From assembly GCA_946965045.2 (NCBI GenBank), contig OX337232.1, positions 1,488,001-1,552,000 of the forward strand: a stretch of 64,000 nt of DNA. The letters are read 5' to 3'. Under the pieces are notes generated by a model. It ran no database searches. It saw only the letters and a program-made list of their open reading frames with translations, and was not told where the DNA came from. The stretch is from Epithemia pelagica (Eukaryota; Protista; Bacillariophyta). Shown piece by piece: positions 54,207 to 64,000 of this stretch (position 1 is its first letter; each line of letters opens with the position of its first letter). The translations under genes were made by a program, and so were the position numbers.

Positions 54207-54890
54207 CTAATCGGACGACGACCCAAACAGACCACGGAAGGCGGTCGCGGCCACAAAGGCCAGGCCTTCATAAACCAGATTTCGACGCATGTTCGCATCC
54301 ATACCTTGGCCATTTTCGTTGTCAGCGTTGTCTTTATCAGCAATGGGAACTGGAAGATTGTCAAAGGTACCAGTGTATTCCTCAGCATACAATTGTCCGA
54401 ATTCCGATTGTTCCAGTCGCTCTCGTTCTTCCTTGAGCTTTTGTCGTTTGTTGCGTACCGCCTTGAGGGCGTCGCTGGTAATGACCCGAACTTGATCAGC
54501 TTCTTCTTTCGTCGTACCACCGGTCATCCTTGGGGTGGTGGGGGATACCATCTGGTCATTTTCTTGGCGCAATACGCGCACCTTGAGGAGCTTGGCACGG
54601 CTTGGGATGGATTCATCGTCAACCGTGACGGCTGCCGCGGCTGCCACAAGGGCCTTGATGATTTCGGACGACTCCTTGACATATTCGGGTGCCGCATCCT
54701 TGGGAACATGGTCCATAAAGAGCGACTCGTCCAATTCAAAACGAGATTCCTCGTCCGGGGCGCTTTCCAGGTCCAGGACTCCTCTTCTTGTGGTGCCAAA
54801 GAAATCGAGGAATCCCTTTCTTCCATCTTCAACTCTTCCCCAACAACCTCATTGGTTACATCGGACAATAGGGTTACAGATTCGGATTCG
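54207..54890 (-). pseudogene. Hypothetical acidic/coiled-coil protein, apparently frameshifted near 54780; 5' end unresolved
   Basis: Two protein-like frames (SDVTNEVVGEELK...PQEEE and VLDLESAPDEESRF...) join if one G is added. No clean start codon found. Confidence 0.4.
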
Positions 54891-55353
54891 GGTTACTCCA
54901 AGAAGATCCCGCTAATACCTAGTATCTTTCGTTGGTAGATTCATGATGTTTTCGTCCACAACACGCGAAAGCAAAAGAGAAAGATAAGGAGTGAGGAACT
55001 TTCTCCAAGTCTACGATTCACGCACCTCCTAGCGAGGAAGGTTTTGAGGGTTTAATGTCTGTGACCTACACGCATGTACACCCACCGCTGGAAGCTCGTA
55101 AGAGTTGTAATATGTACTGTACACTCAATACACTAGCTAAAATTGAATTTCCGGAAGTCCTCGAATGTGAACGATAGTGTAGTCTACGAGTCGCTCGTCT
55201 TTTCTTCGGTCGGCATGTGTGTGTGTGCGCGATGAGACATACAACATGGACAGAACAGGCAAAATTGGTACGACCACAGACTACATCTCAAAGTTCTTTC
55301 TGTCAAGCACCAGGCATTTCCGACGGCAGTGTTGTTGGAACAAGAGAGTGACC

Positions 55354-57399
55354 ATGGACTACAGGAAATATGGACGCGGTCATTGGAGCACTTTCGTCAT
55401 GAGATTTATGTTCGCAGTGGTTTGGAGTCAATTGATCATCTCGGCGCAATTGTCATCGGCCATGTCGGTTCATCGATCCATTCGATCCATATTGGTCGGT
55501 GGACCACTTCCTGCTCGCTTCTATGGACAAGTCGCAAGCTTTGGGAATCCGTTGGATGGTAGTGATGGAAACGATATGACACGGGGTTATAACCTGATGG
55601 TAAGATGTGATGTGGCTCGTTTCCGCTCGACGAATTGAATATCTTGGTCGTCCTCAAACCATACTTTTCTTTCACTATAACAGTTTCCACCTGAAGAGCC
55701 TACTCTTTGTCAATATCCCTCAATTTATGAATCATGGAACGAAACCAACAATATTCTTTTCACAGATCAAGATCAGATCTCGACGACGTATAAGACACCT
55801 ATTGCTCTCTTGGTCAGTTTGGATTCATGTTCGGCGGAGGAAAAGGCAAGAGTGGCTCTACGCATCAAGGATGAACTGGTTAGTCAGCTCGAATTGCTCA
55901 TCATATACTCGACAGACGCCCAGAAAAACAATCTTGTCACTCTGACACCAGATGACCCTGATACAAACATGTCGACAAGCTCAATGGGCTTGCTCTACAT
56001 ACCATCCCAATACTCTAAAGAGATTGTGTCGAGGATGAATCTTGTTCATTTGTTAAATGACAAGCCTGATCCTGGTCTCCTCCTGACGAACAACTACGAA
56101 TGGTACTTCCCGATTCAGCTGTCCAGTTACAGCGATGGCAGAGGCCCCAGGGGACCTCGTGGCCGCTCTCCCAATTCGGAAGGGTCCAGCGACAGCGGTG
56201 ATATTTATTGGTTCCGAATCATTTTGTTTTCACTCGTAGTGATGTCCCCGTGCTGTCGAGCGTGCTACTTATGGTGAGCTTGCTTCTGTAAATTCTGTTT
56301 CCACTTGATGGGTCTTGCCATTGCTCACTGGTCGTTTTTGTGTAGGTATGCAGGAGGAGGTCGATTTTACTTTCGCCGCAACGAAGATGGGAGAATTGTT
56401 GGAATTCAATACGTCCCTCCAGCTCCGCTTTGGCAGTCGTCAGGCAGGGTCATGGGTGGTAACCAAGACCGTCCGGGGGGTGCAGAACGGCTGGGCACTT
56501 TGTCAGAGGAGCAGTTCCAGACTCTTCCTGAAATTGAATATAAACCTGTTGCTAGCCACTACGATGAAGACCAGGAAGAGGTAGTCGGCGGTGTTCCGAT
56601 AGAGACAACCAACAAAAAGCATGTCGAATCATATGATGAAGCAGCTTCGAGTATCAAGAGCGACGATGAGACCTCACCAGTGTCGGGGAGCTCTGACGGC
56701 GAAACGGAAGATTCTATGCGGCAAAGTGATGTGTTGACTGATGAAAACCCAGATGCATCTGAGGACTACATTCCCGACGGAAATAGGGCTCAAGAAAATG
56801 AAGGGGAAAACATAGATGGCTCTGGAAATTCTTCTAGAAAGGAGGAGGAAGGAGAAGCTAGGAGTACTTCAGATGATGATGACATGGTTGTTAACATGGA
56901 AAGAGGAGAACAATCTGGGACAAATCTCACAGGCCATGATTCGGAGGTCGAGTGCAGGTCATCCATGTGCTCGGTATGTCTCGACGATTTTTCCGCGGGA
57001 GAGAAAATTATTTTGCTTCCACGGTGTCAGCATGGTTTTCATCGTGACTGCATACACCCGTGGCTAACGGAACGGCAAGGTTGCTGCCCTTTCTGCAAAA
57101 CCCCAGTTTTCCCTGACCCAACTGATGAAGAAGGTAATGCGGATACCATTACAGAAAATGTGGACGAAGAAGCACACACTGAAAACACACCGCGGGCAGA
57201 AAACGATACAACGACTAACGATATGAACAGTAATGGTTCAATGCAGATTGAATCGAACAGACCCGATGTTGAGCGAGGAGGGCGTGGAGAGGGCGTTACT
57301 GAAGCGATCAGTCAATCAAACGACCGAATTGAAGTCTTACCCGATGATCGAGAAGTAGCGCCATTCGACGATTCTCAATCCAATGAAGCTTCGTCGTAG
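55354..57399 (+). CDS. PA-TM-RING-H2 E3 ubiquitin ligase (RMR/RNF13-like); exons 55354-55599, 55684-56273, 56346-57399
   Basis: Signal-like N-terminus; PA-like IALLVSLDSCSAEEKA; TM helix; RING-H2 CSVCLDDF...LPRCQHGFHRDCIHPWL...CPFCK. Both introns keep the frame. Confidence 0.88.
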
Positions 57400-58319
57400 C
57401 TTTGCTCATTTTTCTGATATGTGAACAGGTTTGACCGGTTTCAATTCCTTCAACCCTGAAACCTTCGACGAGCCCAGCTTTTTGCAAAATCCGGAGTTGT
57501 CGCTGGAGTATCCATCCTTTTCGATCGGGACAAGAGGGAGAAATAGTGCTTCTCCAACGTTCATATGTTTACACTCCACCTAGATCTGTCCTTGTATGAT
57601 ATTGAACTGGTTCGCCCATTGTGCTGCCTTTCACTATATAATCAGCATGGACTAGTTTGAAGAACATATGATCTGCCATTGTTGACTTTTGATAGCCTGT
57701 GAATAGGCAATTAAAATAGAATACGACACTTGGCCAATCACGTTATGTTGTCTTGGTTTGTATTGTGCCCATACACCATATCACATGAAAATCTTCATCC
57801 AGCCTCCGAAACGGGTTGTGTCACATTTAAAAGAAACAGTACAATCGATGTATCGTTTGTCAATTTCAGTTCAGTGTGTTAGAGGTTAAAATATCTTTTT
57901 GTTATTTAATTCTACAGAACCCAACAGAAACCAATCCCGCACTCACACCCATCACTAGCTTTGTGTTTGGGAGTGTCACGTGGGTATTCCTTCATTCCTC
58001 TTTTCTAATGAAAGATCCCATTGTATGCGTGGTCTTTCAGGCCATCTAGTTATCCAATTGCGCTTGAAACAAAGGTCAATTCCAACAATTCTCAGAAAAC
58101 CAGTTGCCCCCCCAGCTTTCCTCCATGATGTTGTTCTTGCGTCGTCCCAATTCTAGCATCCAAAACTGTCTTGTCGCATCTTTTGTCGACTGCTTCACAG
58201 TGTCCTTCTCTTTCGGGTTAAGCTAATCCTACCTTTCTTTTGATTTGACATCCCTCACTCTCAATCAATCCTCTTTGTTACCACCACGATTTCTACCGCC
58301 TTCAATAGTCCGTCTAGCA

Positions 58320-61300
58320 TTACGGCGTCGGTGCCGATCCAATGATAGGAACGACCTTGAGATAAATGTACAAATCACCCGCTGGTCCTCCATTGGGACC
58401 GGCATTACCTTCTCCCTGCACATAGAGTCGATTTCCATCCTCTACATTGGGTGGGATTTCGACTCGAATTTGTCTTGTAACAATGGCAAGACCTTGACCA
58501 TGACAGGTACCACAAGAACTTTCCAACCGTCTCCCTGTACCACGACAAGCTGCACAGGTGGTGGTGGCCGCCGAAGGTGTGGTGGTGGTGGTTGTCACCC
58601 CTTGACCTCCACAAGAGGGACACGCTGATTTGACATCTCCCAGCTCCCCTCCCTGCCCCAAACACGAGTCACAATGTTCCAAGTGTTGAAACTCCACCAC
58701 AATTTCCCCTCCAAAGTTCGCCGTGGCCCAATCCACTTCCTTGGTCCACATGACATCATCACCAATGATGATTTCCCTCGGCCGACTGGCCCCGCTTAAA
58801 CCACCGGTCGTACTTCGCACTCCACCAGTTGTCGCCCGAATACCACCGGCTGCTGCTGCAGCCGCTGCACCGAAAAAGGGATCATCCGGTCCTTTGGTTT
58901 TGATTCGACTATTGGTGTTCGTATTGGGCTTGGGTCGGAAAAAGTTTCCAGGAGAATTGCCATTCCGGTAGGATGATGTCGTACTGGCACCATTACTTTG
59001 GGGGATGTCAAAGGTACTTGCACCATTTGTGGTTGTTCCGTTGGAGTACATTTGCGACCCATTGGGATCAAACTTTTTATTGACCTTGCCGTTGGAATCT
59101 TTGCCATTGGTATCGGATCGATAAAAGAATGCACTGTTCGACTGGAATGGGTCGAAATCCATACTGGTTCCATTGGGATACAACCGTTGTCGAACCGTTT
59201 CGGTAGTGGTGTCATTGATCGCGAATAAGGGTTGTTCTTCTGGTTCTTGTTTTCCATTCCTTGTATTCGTAGCGTCCGAAGGTCTGGAGTGTCCATTCTT
59301 GGTCACGTGACCATTGCGGTCAATATCATATTCATGCAACTTGACGCCATTGTTTTGCTCAAAAATGGTGGTACTGTTGGAATACGAAGGCTTTGGTACA
59401 CCATTTTTCGGTGCCTCCCTCCCATTGCTGGTACTCCTCGTTTTCCCATTGGGTGGAGCATAGGTTCCCGTCCCATTTGCATAGAAAAATGGATGATCTT
59501 GACGATCTATTTGAATCTTTTCCTCTGCCTTGTTCTTGCTGTCCATCTTGGGTACCTCCTTGCCATTCTTGTCAGGGTGTTTCGTAGTCGAATCCATGTA
59601 TCCAAAATACGAAGAAGAATCCATGTATCCAATATACGAGGAGGACATGGCTTTGGGTGGTGCCCGATTGCCATTCTTGTCGGGATGGCTACTACTAGCA
59701 CTAGTACTAGTAGTACTCGTGGAACTCATGAATCCGTTGCGGGAGGTCGCCGTAGCTCCATTCATGACATTGGGTGGTGCCCGATTGCCATTTTTATCGG
59801 GATGGCTGGTCCCCACCATGGTTCGAGCATTGTTGTAGACTGTCTCCATCATCATGGCCATGACGCTATTGGTGGGTGGTGCTCGATTGCCATTTTTATC
59901 GGGATGAGTCGTACCCTTGTTGTTGTTGTTGATGGTGTTGCTGCTATTCATGACAACGGTACGCGGTGCTCGATTGCCATGCTTGTCGGGATGGTTGTGA
60001 AAGCCGGTGGGTTCTCCCTGATTGTGGAGGTTGGTTCGTGCCTTGGGACCTTCATGGACACGGAAATGCCGTGGATTGTTCCGACCATTGGCAGTTGAAC
60101 TTCCCTTGAACCCCGAAAAGGGAAAGGTTTGGCTTTGTGCCGCATGGTTGTTGTTGTTGTTGTTGGTATGGACGTTGGTGTTGGTCATGGTGGGAGATCG
60201 ATTGCCATTCTTGTCCGGATGTTGCTGTGTGTTCATCATATTATTGGTATTGGTATTGGCATTCATGGTGGCTGCAGTCGTGCGATATCCATTGCTGGCA
60301 GCTGTACTGCTGCTATACCCATTCGAAGTGGTGGACTTGGGAGGGTCATTGACTCGAAAATGAAAGGGATTGTTGCGACCACCACCACCACTACTGCCGG
60401 AAGGAGTGGATGATGCTCCATTGTTGTTATTATTGTTGTTATTGTTCATGTTGTAGGCATTTTGTTGTTGAGAAAAGGGACTTTCGGGAGACCATCCATT
60501 TTCGGCATAGGCCGTCGAGGGTTGCCCCGTGCCGGCCGTGTGTGCTTGTGTCGTCGTCGTGGTGGTCGTCGTTGTTGTTGTGGTGCCGCGATCCTTGACG
60601 ACGCTCAAGTAAATGTACAAATCTCCCGGAGGTCCTCCATTCCGTCCCGCATCGCCCTGGCCTTCCAATTTGAGTCGATTGTTCCCATCCTTGACATTGC
60701 CGGGAATTTTGACCTTGATTTGTCGTGATTTGGTATGAACGCCTTGTCCATTGCAAGCCGAACAGACAGTGCCACCCACCATGTCTTGAGGATGCTGCAA
60801 TCCCGTGCCACCACAGACTTTGCAAGTGGCACCCGTCTCGGTCCGACCGGATCCACCACAGGCGGTACAATCCGACGTACTGGTAATGACACCATGACCC
60901 GAACAGGCTGGACAAACGACCAAATGACGAATGCGAATTTCCTTTTCACCCCCAAACATGGCCATTTTCGGATCAATCTCCATATCAAAGTACATGTCAT
61001 TGCCTCGCGTCGGTTCCTTGGTATTCGTATGAGCCGACGTTGTGGTGGTAGTCGAGGCGGTCCGGGCGGCGGCGCGATTAAAGGTGGTGGAGGTGCCTCG
61101 TGGTTTGCGGGCATTGGCACCCACCCCGACACCCACTCCCCCAAAGGGCGAAGAAGGATCGCGTCCCGAAAAGGGCGACGTGGACGACGACCCAAAAAAG
61201 TCATCGTAATTCATGTATTGGCCATAGTGTTGTTGTTGCGTACTAAAGCCACGTGCCGTGGTGCCACCGCCGCCTCCTCGTTGTTTGTGTCGCGCTCGGT

Positions 61301-61970
61301 AATTGTGTTCTTGATATTGCTGCGATTCGACAAAGTCATCATCGCTCAAATCCAAACCGCGTTCTCCAAACAAGTCATACTTTTTCTTCATGGTCGGATG
61401 ACTCAAGACTTCGTAGGCTCGATTCAATTCCTGAAACTTTTCCGTCGTGCCCAAACCCGATTGGGCATCGGGATGATAAATCTTGGCCAATCGTCGATAG
61501 GCCGATTTGATTTCTTGACGATCGGCCGTTCGTTTCACTTGCAAAATGGTATAATAATCGCGTTTGGGTCCGTCGCCGCCACTGCTACTGCTCGTTGGAT
61601 TCCTCCATCTTTGTTGCGCACTCACAAAGAGTCCAACACATCTTCTCCGAAAGGAACGGTTCGGATAGACCGTCTCCTTGTCTCGGAGAAGGGAGGGAGT
61701 GGTAGTGGGGGAACCACCACCACAAGACTCGGTGGTGGGTCCTGGTGGTCGGTAAAAAGGAATGGGTGACGATGGTGGAATCACACCCACAAAGGCTTGA
61801 CCTACCCCCACCAGACAAGCAACCACAAGAAAGGCAACATGCCCTGCTGTCCGGAACGAGCCAAGGACGGTTGTCGTCGTCGACGACGACCATCTTCTTG
61901 GTGGAATTGGTCGAGAGGAATACGGCAAGGTACGTGATTCTTCTTGTCTTGATGGTGGTGGGAATATCAT
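58320..61970 (-). CDS. Atypical large plastid-targeted DnaJ: J-domain, two zinc-finger/CTD-I modules and a long low-complexity insert
   Basis: ATG 61970; GQA-FVG targeting motif; J-domain YHPD; two sets of four CxxCxGxG, each followed by G(Q/E)GxAGxNGGPxGDLYIYL. Confidence 0.88.
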   Translation of the reverse strand: MIFPPPSRQEESRTLPYSSRPIPPRRWSSSTTTTVLGSFRTAGHVAFLVVACLVGVGQAFVGVIPPSSPIPFYRPPGPTTESCGGGSPTTTPSLLRDKETVYPNRSFRRRCVGLFVSAQQRWRNPTSSSSGGDGPKRDYYTILQVKRTADRQEIKSAYRRLAKIYHPDAQSGLGTTEKFQELNRAYEVLSHPTMKKKYDLFGERGLDLSDDDFVESQQYQEHNYRARHKQRGGGGGTTARGFSTQQQHYGQYMNYDDFFGSSSTSPFSGRDPSSPFGGVGVGVGANARKPRGTSTTFNRAAARTASTTTTTSAHTNTKEPTRGNDMYFDMEIDPKMAMFGGEKEIRIRHLVVCPACSGHGVITSTSDCTACGGSGRTETGATCKVCGGTGLQHPQDMVGGTVCSACNGQGVHTKSRQIKVKIPGNVKDGNNRLKLEGQGDAGRNGGPPGDLYIYLSVVKDRGTTTTTTTTTTTTQAHTAGTGQPSTAYAENGWSPESPFSQQQNAYNMNNNNNNNNNGASSTPSGSSGGGGRNNPFHFRVNDPPKSTTSNGYSSSTAASNGYRTTAATMNANTNTNNMMNTQQHPDKNGNRSPTMTNTNVHTNNNNNNHAAQSQTFPFSGFKGSSTANGRNNPRHFRVHEGPKARTNLHNQGEPTGFHNHPDKHGNRAPRTVVMNSSNTINNNNKGTTHPDKNGNRAPPTNSVMAMMMETVYNNARTMVGTSHPDKNGNRAPPNVMNGATATSRNGFMSSTSTTSTSASSSHPDKNGNRAPPKAMSSSYIGYMDSSSYFGYMDSTTKHPDKNGKEVPKMDSKNKAEEKIQIDRQDHPFFYANGTGTYAPPNGKTRSTSNGREAPKNGVPKPSYSNSTTIFEQNNGVKLHEYDIDRNGHVTKNGHSRPSDATNTRNGKQEPEEQPLFAINDTTTETVRQRLYPNGTSMDFDPFQSNSAFFYRSDTNGKDSNGKVNKKFDPNGSQMYSNGTTTNGASTFDIPQSNGASTTSSYRNGNSPGNFFRPKPNTNTNSRIKTKGPDDPFFGAAAAAAAGGIRATTGGVRSTTGGLSGASRPREIIIGDDVMWTKEVDWATANFGGEIVVEFQHLEHCDSCLGQGGELGDVKSACPSCGGQGVTTTTTTPSAATTTCAACRGTGRRLESSCGTCHGQGLAIVTRQIRVEIPPNVEDGNRLYVQGEGNAGPNGGPAGDLYIYLKVVPIIGSAPTP
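59562..60221 (-). repeat. Six dispersed coding repeats HPDK(N/H)G(NR/KE)xP
   Basis: Plus-strand GATTGCCATT(C/T)TT(G/A)TC(G/C)GGATG-like copies near 59562, 59667, 59785, 59886, 59974 and 60200. Confidence 0.9.
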
Positions 61971-62908
61971 TGTGGAACTGGAAAAGAACAAGAACGAGTT
62001 TACTCCAATGTTCTTGTTGTTGTCTGACAGCTATGGGAAGCCTTGATATGTCAAGTGGCCAACATTCAGAATGAGGCAGAATACCAAGGGTGATGAGAAT
62101 TGAGAATGATGATGATGGTCCATGTACATGCCAACTTAAATCGAGGGGATGATGCAAGATGCAAGGAGGATGGGATCGATGATGGATGCGAGACGAGCGA
62201 ACAAGTGTCCAAAGCAGATGGCTGGACCCGGGTGTCGTTCGGTACTCTCGGTCGTGAACGCAGATGGTCGTACTGAGTTCTGTACGTACACCTGAGCGGT
62301 TGTCTCCGAACGCAAAGACACACTCGACTGCAACTGCGACATTTTTTGAAATCCTAGGCGCGTCCGGCGTCGAGCGCGCCGGTCGTCCAGAGCCAATCGC
62401 CGGCCTTAAACAATCCCTCGTTCAAATGCTCGTTTAGGATTATTCAAATCCAGGCCTCTACCACAAAAAATAGCATGATTGCTATGGCAATATTAGGAGA
62501 GTGAATAATAGAGACCATCCTCCTCGTTGGTTTAGAAGGAGTACTTGTGGCAATCATTTTCGTACATACGCGCATGAGTCAGGGTGTGTCAGTCAAGGCA
62601 GAAGGAATGGAACAAGGACAGCAGTGGTGAGGAACATGCCTCTTCCTGCCACCTCAAGCCAAAAGATCAAACGTCAACTTCGCCTCATCAGTTTCAAAAA
62701 AGTGCACGTCACCTCCATCCAGATGGCGTCAAAAGACGAAACCGGCTCCATGATGTCCTTGAAGAATCATGTCGCTCATCAAATGTTGAATGGAACGATA
62801 CGGTAGCCTCATCGTTCCAGACAATCACCAAATTGTGATGACGACGACCATGGCAAACCAACTGCTGGTGCATATCCTGTTTGTTCTAAGTGACGATCCT
62901 TTTCTCGT

Positions 62909-64000
62909 TTACAATCCCAATCGGCCACGTTTTTTGGGCATGAACCGAGGTGTGGCAGTGAGAGAACTTCGTTGTGCTCCCGGAGTGGCCACAACCGTGC
63001 CAGGTCGTCGTTGGCGCACACTGGCCTGACTGGAGGACGACGTGGTACGTTTCGATTGCTCTTCTTCTTGTCGTTGTTGCTGCTGCTGTTGCTCTCGTTG
63101 TTGCATTTCCCGTTCCATTTGTTGGGCCGTTTCGTGTTGCTGGCGACGCTTGTGCACAATGGTTTCGTAGGATTCCTTGACACTAAAAAACATGGGGCCT
63201 GCTTCGGCCAACCATTCTCCTTCGACAGCCGTCACACAAGACATGTATTCCTTGGTGGTGGAGATCAATTCATGATAACAGACATAATCGGGTGTATAGC
63301 CCAAACCAAAGAGGGCCGAACTGGGGTGGAGGGCCGAAGGGATGCCCGTCAACATGTTGATGTATTCCCCAATGCCCTTGATTTTGGAACTATTGTAAAA
63401 ATAGGCCGCACAAATGGCCTTGCGAATCACATCCCAGGCACCACCGGCCGACTTGGGCTCCAATTTTTGTTGTTTCATCAAATCCAATAATTGGGCATGG
63501 ACCTCCCGGGCCTTGCGCAAGCCCTTGGCATGAATAAAATGCTTGTTGCACCATTCACCATCAAACCGGTACTGTTTGGCTCGCAAGTACACATTCAACA
63601 AGGTCAAGTGATCCGACTCGGGGACAAAAAACTTTTCCCGTGCGGCATCGGATTCTTCCTCGCGGTCCTTGGGCCGAAAAAAGACACTGGGAACCGACAA
63701 CATGCTGACAATAATCAACACTTCCGTCGAACACTCCCCCACAGTGTGTGCCTGCAACAACATTTTGCTCAAGGGTGGATCCAATGGAAAATCCACCATG
63801 CGACGACCCGTTTCCGTCAATTCTCCCGTATTGTCCAAAGCACCCAGAATCCACAATTGGTACATGGAATTCATGATATTGTCTTGTGGCGGAGGATCCA
63901 TAAAGGCAAAATCCAAAAGGTTTTGAATTCCCAGCGACTTGAGCAACAACACTACATTGCTCAAGTTGGTACGTTGAATTTCTGGCACGGCCGACGCCAT
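62909..64000 (-). CDS. PRP16: C-terminal part of the spliceosomal DEAH helicase Prp16/DHX38 (continues beyond the window)
   Basis: [30 protein letters not shown] and [26 protein letters not shown] are Prp16-type HA2/OB-fold sequences. Confidence 0.92.
   Translation of the reverse strand: MASAVPEIQRTNLSNVVLLLKSLGIQNLLDFAFMDPPPQDNIMNSMYQLWILGALDNTGELTETGRRMVDFPLDPPLSKMLLQAHTVGECSTEVLIIVSMLSVPSVFFRPKDREEESDAAREKFFVPESDHLTLLNVYLRAKQYRFDGEWCNKHFIHAKGLRKAREVHAQLLDLMKQQKLEPKSAGGAWDVIRKAICAAYFYNSSKIKGIGEYINMLTGIPSALHPSSALFGLGYTPDYVCYHELISTTKEYMSCVTAVEGEWLAEAGPMFFSVKESYETIVHKRRQQHETAQQMEREMQQREQQQQQQRQEEEQSKRTTSSSSQASVRQRRPGTVVATPGAQRSSLTATPRFMPKKRGRLGL

Noticed and set aside
57400-58319. Long AT-richer gap between convergent genes, examined for an ncRNA
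   Set aside because: No tRNA, snRNA or snoRNA hallmarks or stable repeats seen. It is most simply two 3' UTRs.
60735-61769. Long antisense ORFs (this 344-aa one, also 577-1506, 10544-11452 and 9351-10016)
   Set aside because: They are shadows of GC-balanced or low-complexity coding sequence on another frame or strand, with no motifs of their own.
62066-62900. Short ORFs between the large DnaJ and PRP16
   Set aside because: No domain signal or consistent splice pattern. Probably promoter and UTR sequence.

Overview
Gene-dense, intron-poor eukaryotic DNA, most likely from a pennate diatom. Supporting signs are short GT-AG introns, signal peptides ending in ASAF-type plastid-targeting motifs and a CoDi-like Copia element; the species cannot be determined from the sequence. 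About 20 host protein genes and one tRNA-Ala(UGC) flank a nested transposon island at about 38.4-53.8 kb. In the island, a Harbinger-type element (38425-44364, CTG TSD) has its accessory gene split by an intact hAT (40609-43400, 8-bp TSD). A ~60-bp-TIR non-autonomous element has a Ty1/Copia LTR retrotransposon (46652-53684, 5-bp TSD) inserted in it. The strongest leads are: (1) a plant-type three-domain RNA ligase with an extra N-terminal MJ1316-like domain and an apparent plastid/nuclear dual start; (2) a bacterial-type RNase HII fused to a plastid-type SAM methyltransferase; (3) a 1.2k-aa DnaJ with duplicated zinc-finger modules and six free HPDKNG motifs; (4) a Harbinger accessory protein with a possible alpha-crystallin-like C-terminus; (5) a Copia gag-pol junction made of one in-frame UGA followed by a hairpin. 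Exon boundaries, TIRs and TSDs were read by eye. Domain calls come from motif recognition, not database searches.
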